Shown: in pieces, positions 44,786-55,010 of the stretch
How the letters are laid out: every line of letters begins with the position of its first letter
How positions within the stretch are numbered: the first letter of the stretch is position 1
Source: a virus
Lineage: Duplodnaviria; Caudoviricetes
Direction: 5' to 3' (one strand)
Virus record (IMG/VR): IMGVR_UViG_3300017764_000001
DNA length: 64,000 bases
The notes under the pieces: generated by a model
What the model saw: the letters and a program-made list of their open reading frames with translations, nothing else
The model's database searches: none
What the model was told of the DNA's origin: nothing
Translations under genes and position numbers: made by a program

Positions 44786-47286
44786 TGCGTTTTTATACTA
44801 ATGTTCAAATGGTCGGGGATCACTTCTTGGTCCGAGGTTATGAAAATGGTCGTCATTTCGCAACCCGAGAGAAGTTTTACCCGACTCTTTTTGTTGAGTC
44901 TAATAAAAAAACAAAATATCAAACTCTTCAGGGTGAGCATGTAGAACCTATAGAACCGGGAACTGTCCGTGACTGTCGTGAGTTTATTAAAAGGTATGAC
45001 GGCGTAGATAACTTTAAAATCTATGGAAACGATCGATACATTTATCAGTATATTTCTGAGATGTATCCAGAAGAAGAGATTAAGTTTGATACCAGTAAGA
45101 TCAAGATTGCCACCATTGATATTGAGGTTGCATCAGAGAACGGATTCCCCGATGTAGAATCTGCCGCAGAAGAAGTTCTTCTCATTACAATTCAAGATTA
45201 CTCCACGAAACAAATTCGCACTTGGGGTAGGGGTCAATTTCTAAATAAACAAGAGAACGTTATCTATAAAGGATTCCGTACAGAATATGAACTGTTGACG
45301 GATTTTATCAACTGGTGGATGATTGAGGGTAATACACCTGAAGTCATTACTGGTTGGAATAGTGAACTGTACGATATTCCTTATTTGGTTCGACGTATTG
45401 ATCGTATTCTCGGTGAGAAACTCATGAAGAGACTCTCTCCATGGGGACTTGTGACTGAGCGTGAGATTTATATTGTAGGTAGAAAGAATATTGCATATGA
45501 CATTGGTGGTGTCACTCAACTTGACTATCTGAATCTTTATAAGAAGTTTACTTATAAGGCACAAGAGTCCTATCGTTTGGATTATATTGCCAGTATTGAA
45601 CTTGGACAGAAGAAACTCGATCACTCGGAGTTTGATACGTTCAAGGACTTCTATACAAATGGATGGCAGAAGTTTGTAGAGTACAACATCATTGACGTGG
45701 AACTTGTTGACCGTCTGGAAGACAAGATGAAACTGATTGAACTTGCAATTACCATGGCATATGATGCCAAGGCAAATTATGCGGATGTCTTCTCACAGGT
45801 TCGTATGTGGGATACGATCATTTACAACTATCTGAAGAAGAGAAATATTGTAATTCCTCCAAAGGAACGTTCTGACAAGGATTCCAAATACGCTGGAGCA
45901 TATGTCAAGGAACCGATTCCGGGAAAGTATGACTGGGTGGTTAGTTTTGACCTTAACAGTCTATATCCTCATCTTATCATGCAATATAATATCTCCCCAG
46001 AGACGTTACTTGAAGAACGACACCCAAGTGCTACCGTTGATAAAATACTTAATGAAGAACTAACGTTTGAGTTGTATAAGGACAATGCGGTATGTGCCAA
46101 TGGTGCCATGTATCGGAAGGACGTTCGTGGGTTCTTGCCAGAACTGATGGAAAAGATCTACAAGGATCGAACCGTCTATAAAAAGAAAATGCTTCAGGCA
46201 AAACAAGATTATGAAAAAACTCCGACAAAGGCATTGGAAAAAGAAATTGCCAGGTGCAACAACATTCAGATGGCACGAAAGATTCAGCTCAACTCTGCAT
46301 ATGGTGCTATTGGTAATCAGTATTTTAGGTATTATAAACTGGCAAATGCTGAAGCAATTACTCTTTCAGGTCAAGTTTCAATTCGATGGATTGAAAATCG
46401 TATGAATGGTTACCTAAATAAACTTTTACAAACAGAGGAGGAGGATTATGTCATCGCATCTGACACTGACTCCATCTATCTTAATATGGGACCTCTTGTT
46501 AATAAATTTTTTAGTGGTAAGTCTGGCGATAAAACAGCAATTGTTTCGATACTTGGCAAGATCTGTCAAGACAAGTTGGAACCATTCATCGAACAATCTT
46601 ATACGAAGCTTGCGGATTACGTTCAGGCATATGAACAAAAAATGATTATGAAACGTGAGAATATTGCCGAACGTGGTATCTGGACTGCGAAGAAACGGTA
46701 TATTCTCAATGTATGGAACAGTGAGGGTGTTCAATATACTGAACCAAAACTGAAGATGATGGGCATTGAGGCAGTCAAATCATCTACACCGGCACCTTGT
46801 CGTCAGATGATCAAAGATGGTCTTAAACTTATGATGAATGGGACTGAAGATGATGTCATCAAATTCATCGATAATTGTCGTGTTGAGTTTAAAAAACTTC
46901 CACCAGAAGAGATTGCATTTCCACGTTCAGTATCTGACGTTGTAAAGTATAGATCTCATTCTAATATCTATGCAAAGGGAACACCAATTCACTGTCGTGG
47001 AGCACTTCTTTTCAATCACTACATAAAAGAGCACAAACTGACTAATAAGTACTCTCTTATTAATAATGGTGAAAAGATTAAGTTTATTTATTTGAAGAAA
47101 CCAAATATCATCCAAGAGAATGTAATCTCATTTATTCAGGATTTTCCCAAAGAACTTGGTCTTGACAAGTACCTTGACTATGACCTACAATTTGAAAAGA
47201 GTTTTGTAGAACCACTCAAGGCAATTCTTGATGCCATTGGATGGAGTGTTGAAAAAACTGTAAACCTAGAATTATTTTTTGCATAA
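44785..47286 (+). CDS. gp43: Family B DNA polymerase gp43
   Basis: Exonuclease DIE, SFDLNSLYP, KIQLNSAYG, DTDS. Confidence 0.98.
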   Translation: MRFYTNVQMVGDHFLVRGYENGRHFATREKFYPTLFVESNKKTKYQTLQGEHVEPIEPGTVRDCREFIKRYDGVDNFKIYGNDRYIYQYISEMYPEEEIKFDTSKIKIATIDIEVASENGFPDVESAAEEVLLITIQDYSTKQIRTWGRGQFLNKQENVIYKGFRTEYELLTDFINWWMIEGNTPEVITGWNSELYDIPYLVRRIDRILGEKLMKRLSPWGLVTEREIYIVGRKNIAYDIGGVTQLDYLNLYKKFTYKAQESYRLDYIASIELGQKKLDHSEFDTFKDFYTNGWQKFVEYNIIDVELVDRLEDKMKLIELAITMAYDAKANYADVFSQVRMWDTIIYNYLKKRNIVIPPKERSDKDSKYAGAYVKEPIPGKYDWVVSFDLNSLYPHLIMQYNISPETLLEERHPSATVDKILNEELTFELYKDNAVCANGAMYRKDVRGFLPELMEKIYKDRTVYKKKMLQAKQDYEKTPTKALEKEIARCNNIQMARKIQLNSAYGAIGNQYFRYYKLANAEAITLSGQVSIRWIENRMNGYLNKLLQTEEEDYVIASDTDSIYLNMGPLVNKFFSGKSGDKTAIVSILGKICQDKLEPFIEQSYTKLADYVQAYEQKMIMKRENIAERGIWTAKKRYILNVWNSEGVQYTEPKLKMMGIEAVKSSTPAPCRQMIKDGLKLMMNGTEDDVIKFIDNCRVEFKKLPPEEIAFPRSVSDVVKYRSHSNIYAKGTPIHCRGALLFNHYIKEHKLTNKYSLINNGEKIKFIYLKKPNIIQENVISFIQDFPKELGLDKYLDYDLQFEKSFVEPLKAILDAIGWSVEKTVNLELFFA

Positions 47287-48290
47287 TGGACTTCCTTAAA
47301 GATATAGTAAAAGAGATTGGAGATGACTACACAAAACTCGCAGCAGATATTGACGAAACTGAAACATATGTTGACACAGGTTCGTATATTTTTAATGGAC
47401 TTGTTTCAGGGTCTATATTTGGCGGTGTATCTGGGAATAAGATTACTGCCATTGCTGGTGAGTCTAGTACTGGAAAAACTTTTTTTTCCCTTGCTGTCGT
47501 CAAGAATTTTTTGGATTCTAACCCTGATGGGATGTGCTTATATTTTGACACTGAAGCCGCTGTTAATAAGTCTCTACTCGCAAGTCGTGGGGTAGATCTT
47601 GAAAGAACCGTAGTTGTAAATGTCGTTACTGTTGAGGAGTTCCGCAGCAAGGCACTTAAGGCAGTAGATATATATCTAAAAAAACCTGAAGATGAACGCA
47701 AACCTCTTATGTTTGTGCTAGACTCTTTGGGGATGCTTTCCACGGAGAAAGAGATTACTGATGCACTGAATGATAAACAAGTTAGGGACATGACCAAATC
47801 TCAACTTATCAAAGGTGCCTTTCGTATGCTCACACTCAAGTTAGGTCAGGCAAACATTCCAATGATTGTTACAAATCACACTTACGATGTTATCGGTTCT
47901 TATGTTCCTACAAAAGAAATGGGTGGAGGCAGTGGACTTAAGTATGCTGCGTCTACAATCATCTATCTCAGCAAAAAGAAAGAAAAGGATGGAACAGAAA
48001 TCGTCGGAAATCTTATCAAGGCAAAGACTGCTAAGTCGCGTTTAAGTAAGGAGAACAAAGATGTTACGGTGCGTCTGTATTACGATGAACGTGGTCTTGA
48101 TCGATATTATGGTCTTCTTGAACTCGGTGAGATTGGTGGACTTTGGAAAAACTCTGCTGGTCGATACGAAATGAACGGTAAAAAAGTTTATGCGAAGGCA
48201 ATCTTAAAAGATCCTGAAGAATATTTTACTGAAGAAATCATGGAAAAACTAGATAAGATAGCACAACAGGAGTTCAGTTATGGAGCATGA
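47286..48290 (+). CDS. uvsX: RecA-like recombinase UvsX
   Basis: AGESSTGKT, FDTE, VLDSLG, NHTY, GGGSG..YAAS. Confidence 0.95.
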   Translation: MDFLKDIVKEIGDDYTKLAADIDETETYVDTGSYIFNGLVSGSIFGGVSGNKITAIAGESSTGKTFFSLAVVKNFLDSNPDGMCLYFDTEAAVNKSLLASRGVDLERTVVVNVVTVEEFRSKALKAVDIYLKKPEDERKPLMFVLDSLGMLSTEKEITDALNDKQVRDMTKSQLIKGAFRMLTLKLGQANIPMIVTNHTYDVIGSYVPTKEMGGGSGLKYAASTIIYLSKKKEKDGTEIVGNLIKAKTAKSRLSKENKDVTVRLYYDERGLDRYYGLLELGEIGGLWKNSAGRYEMNGKKVYAKAILKDPEEYFTEEIMEKLDKIAQQEFSYGA

Positions 48291-48417
48291 AAAGAAAAGA
48301 AGATTTAAAGAGACTGATAAGGGTGAACAATTCCTTAAAATGGGTATGACTCTTATTACTGAACCTGAAAGTGATTATTATTTGAATAAATGGAAAGAAT
48401 CGAAACGACAATCCTAA
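48280..48417 (+). CDS. Small hypothetical protein, 45 aa; not in the ORF track
   Basis: Read by hand: MEHEKKRRFKETDKGEQFLKMGMTLITEPESDYYLNKWKESKRQS; fills the uvsX-gp41 gap. Confidence 0.45.
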   Translation: MEHEKKRRFKETDKGEQFLKMGMTLITEPESDYYLNKWKESKRQS

Positions 48418-49763
48418 GAAACCTTGTTTTTGATGAAGACTATGCAAGAAAGGTAATTCCTTTTATACAACCAGACTTTTTTGAAGTTAAGACGGAAAAG
48501 ACTATCTTTCAAGAGATAGTTCATTTTATTGTAAAATACAATTCCACCATCACTCAAGAAGCTCTTCAGATTGAGATTGATAATCGAACTGATCTCACTG
48601 AAGAAGAAATTAAGCAATCCAGAGACATTGTAAGTTCCCTACATAATTCTTTGGTGGAGAGTCAGTGGTTATTAGATACCACTGAGAAATGGTGTCGTGA
48701 TCGTGCAATTTATATTGCACTTATGGAATCTATTCACATTGCCGATGGTAATGATGAAAAGAAAAATCGTGATGCTATTCCTAGCATTCTTTCTGAGGCA
48801 CTTGCTGTTTCTTTTGACAACCACATTGGACATGATTACCTACAAGATTATGAAGAACGATATGAATCTTATCACCGTAAGGAGGACAAAATTGAATTCG
48901 ATCTCGAATACTTTAACAAAATCACGAAAGGTGGTTTACCTAACAAGACTCTTAACATCGCGCTTGCTGGTACAGGTGTCGGCAAGTCTCTATTCATGTG
49001 CCATGTTGCTAGCTCCGTGCTGCTCCAGGGGAGAAACGTTCTCTATATTACAATGGAGATGGCAGAAGAGAAGATTGCTGAACGAATTGACGCCAACCTT
49101 CTCAACGTCCCGATCCAGGACTTGACGGACCTTCCTAGGTCATCATTTGAAAATAAAGTTACTAGACTAGCAGAAAAAACTCAAGGGTCTCTTATAATTA
49201 AAGAATATCCTACTGCCTCTGCACACAGTGGACATTTTAAGGCACTTCTTAATGAACTTGCACTTAAGAAGTCATTTAGACCTGACATTATTTTCATTGA
49301 TTACCTTAATATATGTGCTTCCAGCAGGTATAAGTCAGGTGTTTCTGTCAATTCATATAGCTATATTAAGGCTATTGCAGAAGAGCTTAGAGGGTTGGCT
49401 GTTGAGGCAAACGTCCCTATCGTATCTGCCACGCAGACCACTCGTTCTGGTTATGGTAGCTCTGATGTTGACATTACTGACACTTCGGAGTCCTTTGGTC
49501 TCCCTGCTACTGCTGATCTTATGTTTGCCCTTATTAGCACTGAGGAACTTGAACAACTTGGTCAGATAATGGTGAAGCAGTTGAAGAATCGATATAATGA
49601 TCCGACTATCTTCAAGAGATTTATTGTCGGAATTGATCGTGCCAAGATGCGACTATATGATTGTGAGCAAAAGGCACAGGACGATATTCTTGACAGTGGG
49701 CAGGAAGAAGAGTATAATGACGAAGATAAATCAAAAAAATCTTTTGAGGGGTTTAAGTTTTAA
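48390..49763 (+). CDS. gp41: Replicative DNA helicase gp41
   Basis: LAGTGVGKS, ITMEM, IDYLN, ATQTTRSG, SESFGLPATAD, QLKNRY. Confidence 0.96.
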   Translation: MERIETTILRNLVFDEDYARKVIPFIQPDFFEVKTEKTIFQEIVHFIVKYNSTITQEALQIEIDNRTDLTEEEIKQSRDIVSSLHNSLVESQWLLDTTEKWCRDRAIYIALMESIHIADGNDEKKNRDAIPSILSEALAVSFDNHIGHDYLQDYEERYESYHRKEDKIEFDLEYFNKITKGGLPNKTLNIALAGTGVGKSLFMCHVASSVLLQGRNVLYITMEMAEEKIAERIDANLLNVPIQDLTDLPRSSFENKVTRLAEKTQGSLIIKEYPTASAHSGHFKALLNELALKKSFRPDIIFIDYLNICASSRYKSGVSVNSYSYIKAIAEELRGLAVEANVPIVSATQTTRSGYGSSDVDITDTSESFGLPATADLMFALISTEELEQLGQIMVKQLKNRYNDPTIFKRFIVGIDRAKMRLYDCEQKAQDDILDSGQEEEYNDEDKSKKSFEGFKF

Positions 49764-50167
49764 TGACTGTTGACACTAAAAAGTATCTTGAATTTGTAAA
49801 GGGAGTCACCAGTGCTCCTAGTTTGGATCCCAAAATTCTTGAGGCACGTTTGAGAGAACTTGATGCCAATGACTGCAATGTCACTCAACTCATGACTGCC
49901 GCACTTGGTTTGACTGCAGAATCTGGTGAGTTCACCGAAGTTGTAAAGAAAATCTTCCTGCAAGGTAAACCTTATAATGAAGAAAATGTCTTCCACATGA
50001 AACGTGAGCTAGGTGACATTTGTTGGTATCTGGCACAGGCATGTATGGCACTTGATACTACCTTTGATGAAGTAATTGAGATGAATGTTGAAAAACTTGA
50101 GTCTAGATATCCTGGTGGTAGTTTTGATGTTCATCATTCAGAAAATCGTAAGGAGGGAGACTTATGA
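49763..50167 (+). CDS. mazG: MazG-like nucleotide pyrophosphohydrolase
   Basis: GLTAESGEFTEVVKK..RELGDICWY..MNVEKL..RYP. Confidence 0.92.
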   Translation: MTVDTKKYLEFVKGVTSAPSLDPKILEARLRELDANDCNVTQLMTAALGLTAESGEFTEVVKKIFLQGKPYNEENVFHMKRELGDICWYLAQACMALDTTFDEVIEMNVEKLESRYPGGSFDVHHSENRKEGDL

Positions 50168-50307
50168 CTAAAAAAGAATTTGTAAATAGTAAAGGTGAAA
50201 CTTGGGAGTATGAAGAAACTGAAGAGATGCGTAAGGCAGTAGAAAGACTGCATCAAACTATTCGTGAACTTGAAAAAAAAGCACCTGATTATGGAGTTGG
50301 AAAATGA
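50164..50307 (+). CDS. Small hypothetical protein, 47 aa; not in the ORF track
   Basis: Read by hand: MTKKEFVNSKGETWEYEETEEMRKAVERLHQTIRELEKKAPDYGVGK; overlaps both neighbours. Confidence 0.55.
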   Translation: MTKKEFVNSKGETWEYEETEEMRKAVERLHQTIRELEKKAPDYGVGK

Positions 50308-50516
50308 AACTATTAACACTTGAAGATTATCAAAAAGCAGGAGAAACTTTCTGGCCTAAGTATTGGTATATTGCCAGAGAACTTGGTGAAGGTGCAAAAG
50401 CAGAAGATATCTTGAGAGTTATGGAAGCTGTCGGTGGTGTTGCTCTTAAGTTTGCACTGGACGAAAAAGAAGGTCCGTTTGGATTTAATAAAAAGGAAGA
50501 AGACACTAATGAATGA
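50304..50516 (+). CDS. Hypothetical protein, 70 aa
   Basis: LLTLEDYQKAGETFWPKYWY; coupled ORF. Confidence 0.7.
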   Translation: MKLLTLEDYQKAGETFWPKYWYIARELGEGAKAEDILRVMEAVGGVALKFALDEKEGPFGFNKKEEDTNE

Positions 50517-50745
50517 GCATCCTGAAATTTCTGAATATGAATGGATCGATGATTGTTTCCGTGTATGGGAAACACGATTCGGTTTATGGTCAAGTGAAAC
50601 CAAACAAGGTCGTCAAATGCTTACTGGTCCCACAAGAGATTCGGTTGTCATTATGACACGATGGCATCTCAAATGTGAACAAGAAGGAACTCTCCATTTA
50701 TATACTAGAGTTGTCGGAAATGCTTTTGTCGGAGGCAAACTCTGA
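50509..50745 (+). CDS. Hypothetical protein, about 78 aa
   Basis: EWIDDCFRVWETRFGLW..TRWHLKCEQEG..GGKL. Confidence 0.65.
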   Translation: MNEHPEISEYEWIDDCFRVWETRFGLWSSETKQGRQMLTGPTRDSVVIMTRWHLKCEQEGTLHLYTRVVGNAFVGGKL

Positions 50746-50752
50746 CTTTTTT

Positions 50753-50826
50753 GCCAACTTAGCTCAGCTGGATAGAGCAGGGTTTTTGTAAAGCTCAGGT
50801 CAACGGTTCAAGTCCGTTAGTTGGCT
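50753..50826 (+). tRNA. tRNA-Thr (anticodon UGU); CCA not encoded
   Basis: Cloverleaf: GCCAACT/AGTTGGC acceptor, GCTC/GAGC D-arm, loop TTTGTAA, T-arm AACGG-TTCAAGT-CCGTT. Confidence 0.92.
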
Positions 50827-50850
50827 TATAGGGGATAAATAAAAATAAAA

Positions 50851-52191
50851 ATGAATTTTGGGGAAGAGGTTTATAGAATAGTTACATCATTTAGAGAATT
50901 TGATGTCACAGTAAAAGCAGCTACTTCTAGAAGTACAACCTTTATTGTAAAAGGTCCTGATAGAGCTTCCATGCAGAAAAAAGTTGAAGACTCTTTCACA
51001 AAATCAAAAATTCCAAATAATAAGATAACCAGAGAAAAGGTTGGAGCGTCTTCTTTTCCTGCCACTGTTGTAAATTTAACTAATGATAAAATTATTATAC
51101 TTTATAAACCTGTTAGAAAAGGTGCAGATAGAGGAGCTCTTCAAACTAGAAATGTCGAATCAGCGCAGTGTTTATATGCAGCATTAGCATTCAGATCATT
51201 GAAAAGAAAAATAAAAGTTGAAGATGTATCCGTAAGTAATTTTGAAAAGTGTAAAAGTTTTATTGATGTTGATGCAAAATTTGAGGATATGATTAACATC
51301 TCCGAAGATTGGATTAATTCATCTATTCAAGGAGCTAATGAATTATATTCTAATGTTGACAAAAATGTTAATTGGATATTTCATAGAGGTAGTAGAAAAG
51401 TTTCAATAATAGAATCTAAATTAAAAGAACTTAATAGAAAAGAAAAATTATTCAGCAATATTAATAAATGGAGTCCTGCTGATTTTTATCTTGTGTCAAA
51501 TACAATGTCAGAATCTGATTGGAAAATGATACAAGATGCTCCTACCATTAAAGGACTTAATCAGTTAATGGTTAATATGATCAATGATAAAAAATTAATC
51601 GGTGTTTCTTTGAAAAAAATTGCAAAAGGTGCTAAACCATTCAAGTATTATAATATGACTAAAGATAGAAATGCCGGTGATATTCAGTATGCAGGGACTA
51701 TTATTTTCAAAAAACCAGATAATCCTTTAAGTGCCATGGATACTTTTACTATTTGGAAACCTGGTGGAAGATTTGAAATTCAGTGGAGATCTGATTCTGG
51801 AGGACCTTCCGGATGGAAAGGTGAGATTCAAGGAACGGCAGCAAATCAAGGGAAAATATCATTTGGACCTTTGAATAAAATGCTAAAATCTTTTGGACTT
51901 TCTGAGATACCAAATTATACAAATAGTCCTCAATTAGAAGATATTAGTTTGATGGAAGAAATATATGATGATATACAAAAGATACAACCAATGAATTTAA
52001 CAAAAGAAGAATTTGTTGCACAGGTTAAAAATAAGGATGCTAAATGGAGATTTGCAAAGTATACTGGAGTTAAATTTGCAAAGATACTTGAGTCGCAATC
52101 CAGAAAAATACAAAATAAAATAGTGCAAGAGATGTATTTCTATGCTAATTCTCAGTCACCAAACTCCGGGCCCTATGGTAAAATAGAATAA
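50851..52191 (+). CDS. Putative PD-(D/E)XK restriction-endonuclease-like protein, 446 aa
   Basis: TRNVESAQC, NKWSPADFYLV, LIGVSLKK: an E...PAD...SLK catalytic-like pattern. Confidence 0.55.
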   Translation: MNFGEEVYRIVTSFREFDVTVKAATSRSTTFIVKGPDRASMQKKVEDSFTKSKIPNNKITREKVGASSFPATVVNLTNDKIIILYKPVRKGADRGALQTRNVESAQCLYAALAFRSLKRKIKVEDVSVSNFEKCKSFIDVDAKFEDMINISEDWINSSIQGANELYSNVDKNVNWIFHRGSRKVSIIESKLKELNRKEKLFSNINKWSPADFYLVSNTMSESDWKMIQDAPTIKGLNQLMVNMINDKKLIGVSLKKIAKGAKPFKYYNMTKDRNAGDIQYAGTIIFKKPDNPLSAMDTFTIWKPGGRFEIQWRSDSGGPSGWKGEIQGTAANQGKISFGPLNKMLKSFGLSEIPNYTNSPQLEDISLMEEIYDDIQKIQPMNLTKEEFVAQVKNKDAKWRFAKYTGVKFAKILESQSRKIQNKIVQEMYFYANSQSPNSGPYGKIE

Positions 52192-52421
52192 TGAACTTAC
52201 AAATAATTGAATTGATAAATTCTTTTCAACCAAATTCTAAAAGTTTAAGAGAAAAATATGATCAGTTTATTGCATACGTTTATATTACCTTAAGTAAAAA
52301 AATTGCTAGTTCTAAGACACAAAAAGCAAAAGATAAATATAAGCATATGCGTCAGGGTGTGCTAGAATACATTGTATCTCATAAACGTCAGGTAATAAAA
52401 GAATTAAGTAAAAGGAAGTGA
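52191..52421 (+). CDS. Hypothetical protein, 76 aa
   Basis: Coupled ORF, basic and helical. Confidence 0.6.
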   Translation: MNLQIIELINSFQPNSKSLREKYDQFIAYVYITLSKKIASSKTQKAKDKYKHMRQGVLEYIVSHKRQVIKELSKRK

Positions 52422-53578
52422 TGAAGAATTTTTTTCAATTTTTATCTGAGTCAACTGCAGTCCAGCAGGCAAAAAGAATGGGACTGGTTGGTGATGGACA
52501 TGGTGGATGGTATGACAAGAAGGGTGAGTTTGTAGCAAAAACTGAGAAAGGACAACTTAAGTTTTATAATAAAAGGCAACGTGTTGGTAAGCAAGATCCA
52601 CCAAACACTGATACTGAGAAAAGATTATCTCAGGCAACTTCAAGTAGTGAAATTCAAGAACCACAAGGTCCGCCTGAAGTTGAAAAAACAAAAGGAACTT
52701 TGACCGTTGCTTTTGGTAGGTTCAATCCTCCTACCACAGGACATGAAAAACTTTTAGATACAGTTGCATCAAGTTCTGATGAGGGTGATTATATTATTGT
52801 TCCATCACGCAGTCAGGATAAGAAAAAAAATCCCTTAGATCCTGATACTAAGGTTGAGATTATGAAACAAATGTATCCTGGTCATAGTGGAAAAATTGTA
52901 AATGATCCTGGTAACAGAACAATTTTTGATGTCTTGAAAAAAGCACACACTGATGGATATGCCGGAGTTCGTATTCTTGGTGGTGCCGATAGAGTAAAAG
53001 AATTTGAAAAACTAGCAAATGATTATAATGGTAGACTTTATAACTTTGATAATGTAGAAGTTCTTTCTGCAGGAGATAGAGATCCTGATTCCGAAGGAAC
53101 TGAAGGAATGTCTGCATCAAAACAAAGAAAGGCAGCTGCCGAAGGTGACTATTCCTCTTTCAGAAAAGGTGTTCCGACATCTATGAACGATAAACAGACA
53201 AAACAATTATACAATACTCTCCGTGATGCAATGGGTATTAAAGAAGGTTGGAGTCTTTGGCAAATTGCACCAAAGTTTGATTGGAGAAATCTTCGTGAAA
53301 ATTTTGTAAGGAAAAATATTTACAAAGTTGGTGATCTTGTAGAAAATCTCAACACTGGTTTAGTCGGTAAGATTATCCGTAGAGGAACTAACTATCTTAT
53401 TTGTGTTACCGAAGACGATATTATGTTTAAATCTTGGATTAAAGATGTGACTGATGTATCTGGTGTTCCTGCAAATCAAAGAGGAGTTGGAACTGATGCT
53501 CTTCGTAAGTATGCAGAGACTATGGTAAAGGGTTCTAGTTGGGGTAGGCAATTCATAAATAAATATAAGAAAAAGTAA
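52421..53578 (+). CDS. Cytidyltransferase-like (HxGH nucleotidyltransferase) protein
   Basis: TVAFGRFNPPTTGHEKLL, GADRV, SAGDRDPD, MSASK.R. Confidence 0.85.
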   Translation: MKNFFQFLSESTAVQQAKRMGLVGDGHGGWYDKKGEFVAKTEKGQLKFYNKRQRVGKQDPPNTDTEKRLSQATSSSEIQEPQGPPEVEKTKGTLTVAFGRFNPPTTGHEKLLDTVASSSDEGDYIIVPSRSQDKKKNPLDPDTKVEIMKQMYPGHSGKIVNDPGNRTIFDVLKKAHTDGYAGVRILGGADRVKEFEKLANDYNGRLYNFDNVEVLSAGDRDPDSEGTEGMSASKQRKAAAEGDYSSFRKGVPTSMNDKQTKQLYNTLRDAMGIKEGWSLWQIAPKFDWRNLRENFVRKNIYKVGDLVENLNTGLVGKIIRRGTNYLICVTEDDIMFKSWIKDVTDVSGVPANQRGVGTDALRKYAETMVKGSSWGRQFINKYKKK

Positions 53579-53594
53579 AAGTATTTGTCTTCAG

Positions 53595-55010
53595 ATGGAT
53601 AAACCTGCACAACAGGCACCTGGTGCTAATGATAAAGTAAGAAAGGCTGCTAGACAGTTGGCATATGATGTTCGATATAAAGTAAAAGGTCAGTTCAAGG
53701 ACGGGCAAAAAACTGATCCTGCCTCATTAAAGCGTGCATACATGCAGCAGTTGGGTAAGTCTCCTGCTCCTGGTCCTGTTAAGGCACTTGCCAAAAAGAT
53801 GCTCATTGGTGAAGAGTATGATTTCGTTAATCTTGATGGTGCTGCCAGTGATGCTATTCTAAGTGTCTTTGAAAAAATATTTGAGGCAGCAGAGGGATCT
53901 AAGTATACTGTAAGGGTTAAAGATAAGAAGACTGGTAAGTCTTACCTCAGAAAAGCAGATCGTGCTAAGATTGCAGAACTGAGAAAGAATCCTAATATTT
54001 CTTCTGTGGAAATTGCCGGTAAGAGTTCCGGAGAACCTGATACTTACGACAAGACTGGTAAGGGAAAGAAAGCTGCTAAAGATTATGATGGTGATGGAAA
54101 AGTAGAAAGTGGTTCCAAGGAACATGCCGGTGCAGTACATAACGCCATACAACGTAAGAAGGGTGGGAAACCAGACGGACAAGATACTAGAACTGAAGAG
54201 TTTATTGTTGCCGAGGGTGAAGAGAAAGAAAAGAAACTTGATGTAATGAAGGGTAAGAATAAGGTTGTTGTGAATCCACCAATGAATGAGCAACAATCTA
54301 CGATGGATAAACCTAAGACTGGTCCTTCACCAGAAGAAAAGAGGCAACTTGATAATAAGAAAAAGATGCTTCAGAAAAAAATGATGATGCAAAGGCAGGC
54401 AATGCAAATGCAAAGACAGGGAAGATTGCCTTTGAATTATAGTGAAGAGAATGAAGGTTCCAAATCTAAAGAATCAAAGGAGACTCTAGATCCTAGAGGA
54501 AACTATGCTATGATGAATATGATTAAGAATAAGTTGAGAGTGAGAGGACTCAAGATGTCTTATGATATGGAAGGTGAAATGGTTGATGAGAAGTATCAGG
54601 GGATGTATCAGTCTCCTGCTTCTACTTATAATAGGTTAAAGAGTAGTGACGAAAAGGCACGCATGTCCCCTGGTCGTCGTGCGATGGCAAAGTCTGATGA
54701 ATTAGAAAAGTCTGAACCTGGTTCTAAGAGAGCAAAGGCACAAAAGAAAGCAGCAGGTCAAATGGCACGTAATTTTCAGTCTGCTCGTATGACTAAAGAG
54801 GAAACTGAAGATTCTCTGAGAGATCGTCGCATGGAACGTGGTGGTGTTGATGGAAACACCAGATATGATAGACCTGCTAGAAATGTAGCAACCGGTCCAG
54901 TTGATAAAAAGAAAGCAGAAGAATCCAGAAAAAGAGCAATGGATGCCGTAAGAGCATCTATTACTGCTAAGTATGGCAAAGGTGCCATTATGGATACTAA
55001 GAAAAAATAA
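53595..55010 (+). CDS. Lys/Glu-rich modular hypothetical protein (possible internal head protein), 471 aa
   Basis: ARQLAYDVRYK, DYDGDGKVESGSKEHAG; low-complexity charged modules. Confidence 0.65.
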   Translation: MDKPAQQAPGANDKVRKAARQLAYDVRYKVKGQFKDGQKTDPASLKRAYMQQLGKSPAPGPVKALAKKMLIGEEYDFVNLDGAASDAILSVFEKIFEAAEGSKYTVRVKDKKTGKSYLRKADRAKIAELRKNPNISSVEIAGKSSGEPDTYDKTGKGKKAAKDYDGDGKVESGSKEHAGAVHNAIQRKKGGKPDGQDTRTEEFIVAEGEEKEKKLDVMKGKNKVVVNPPMNEQQSTMDKPKTGPSPEEKRQLDNKKKMLQKKMMMQRQAMQMQRQGRLPLNYSEENEGSKSKESKETLDPRGNYAMMNMIKNKLRVRGLKMSYDMEGEMVDEKYQGMYQSPASTYNRLKSSDEKARMSPGRRAMAKSDELEKSEPGSKRAKAQKKAAGQMARNFQSARMTKEETEDSLRDRRMERGGVDGNTRYDRPARNVATGPVDKKKAEESRKRAMDAVRASITAKYGKGAIMDTKKK

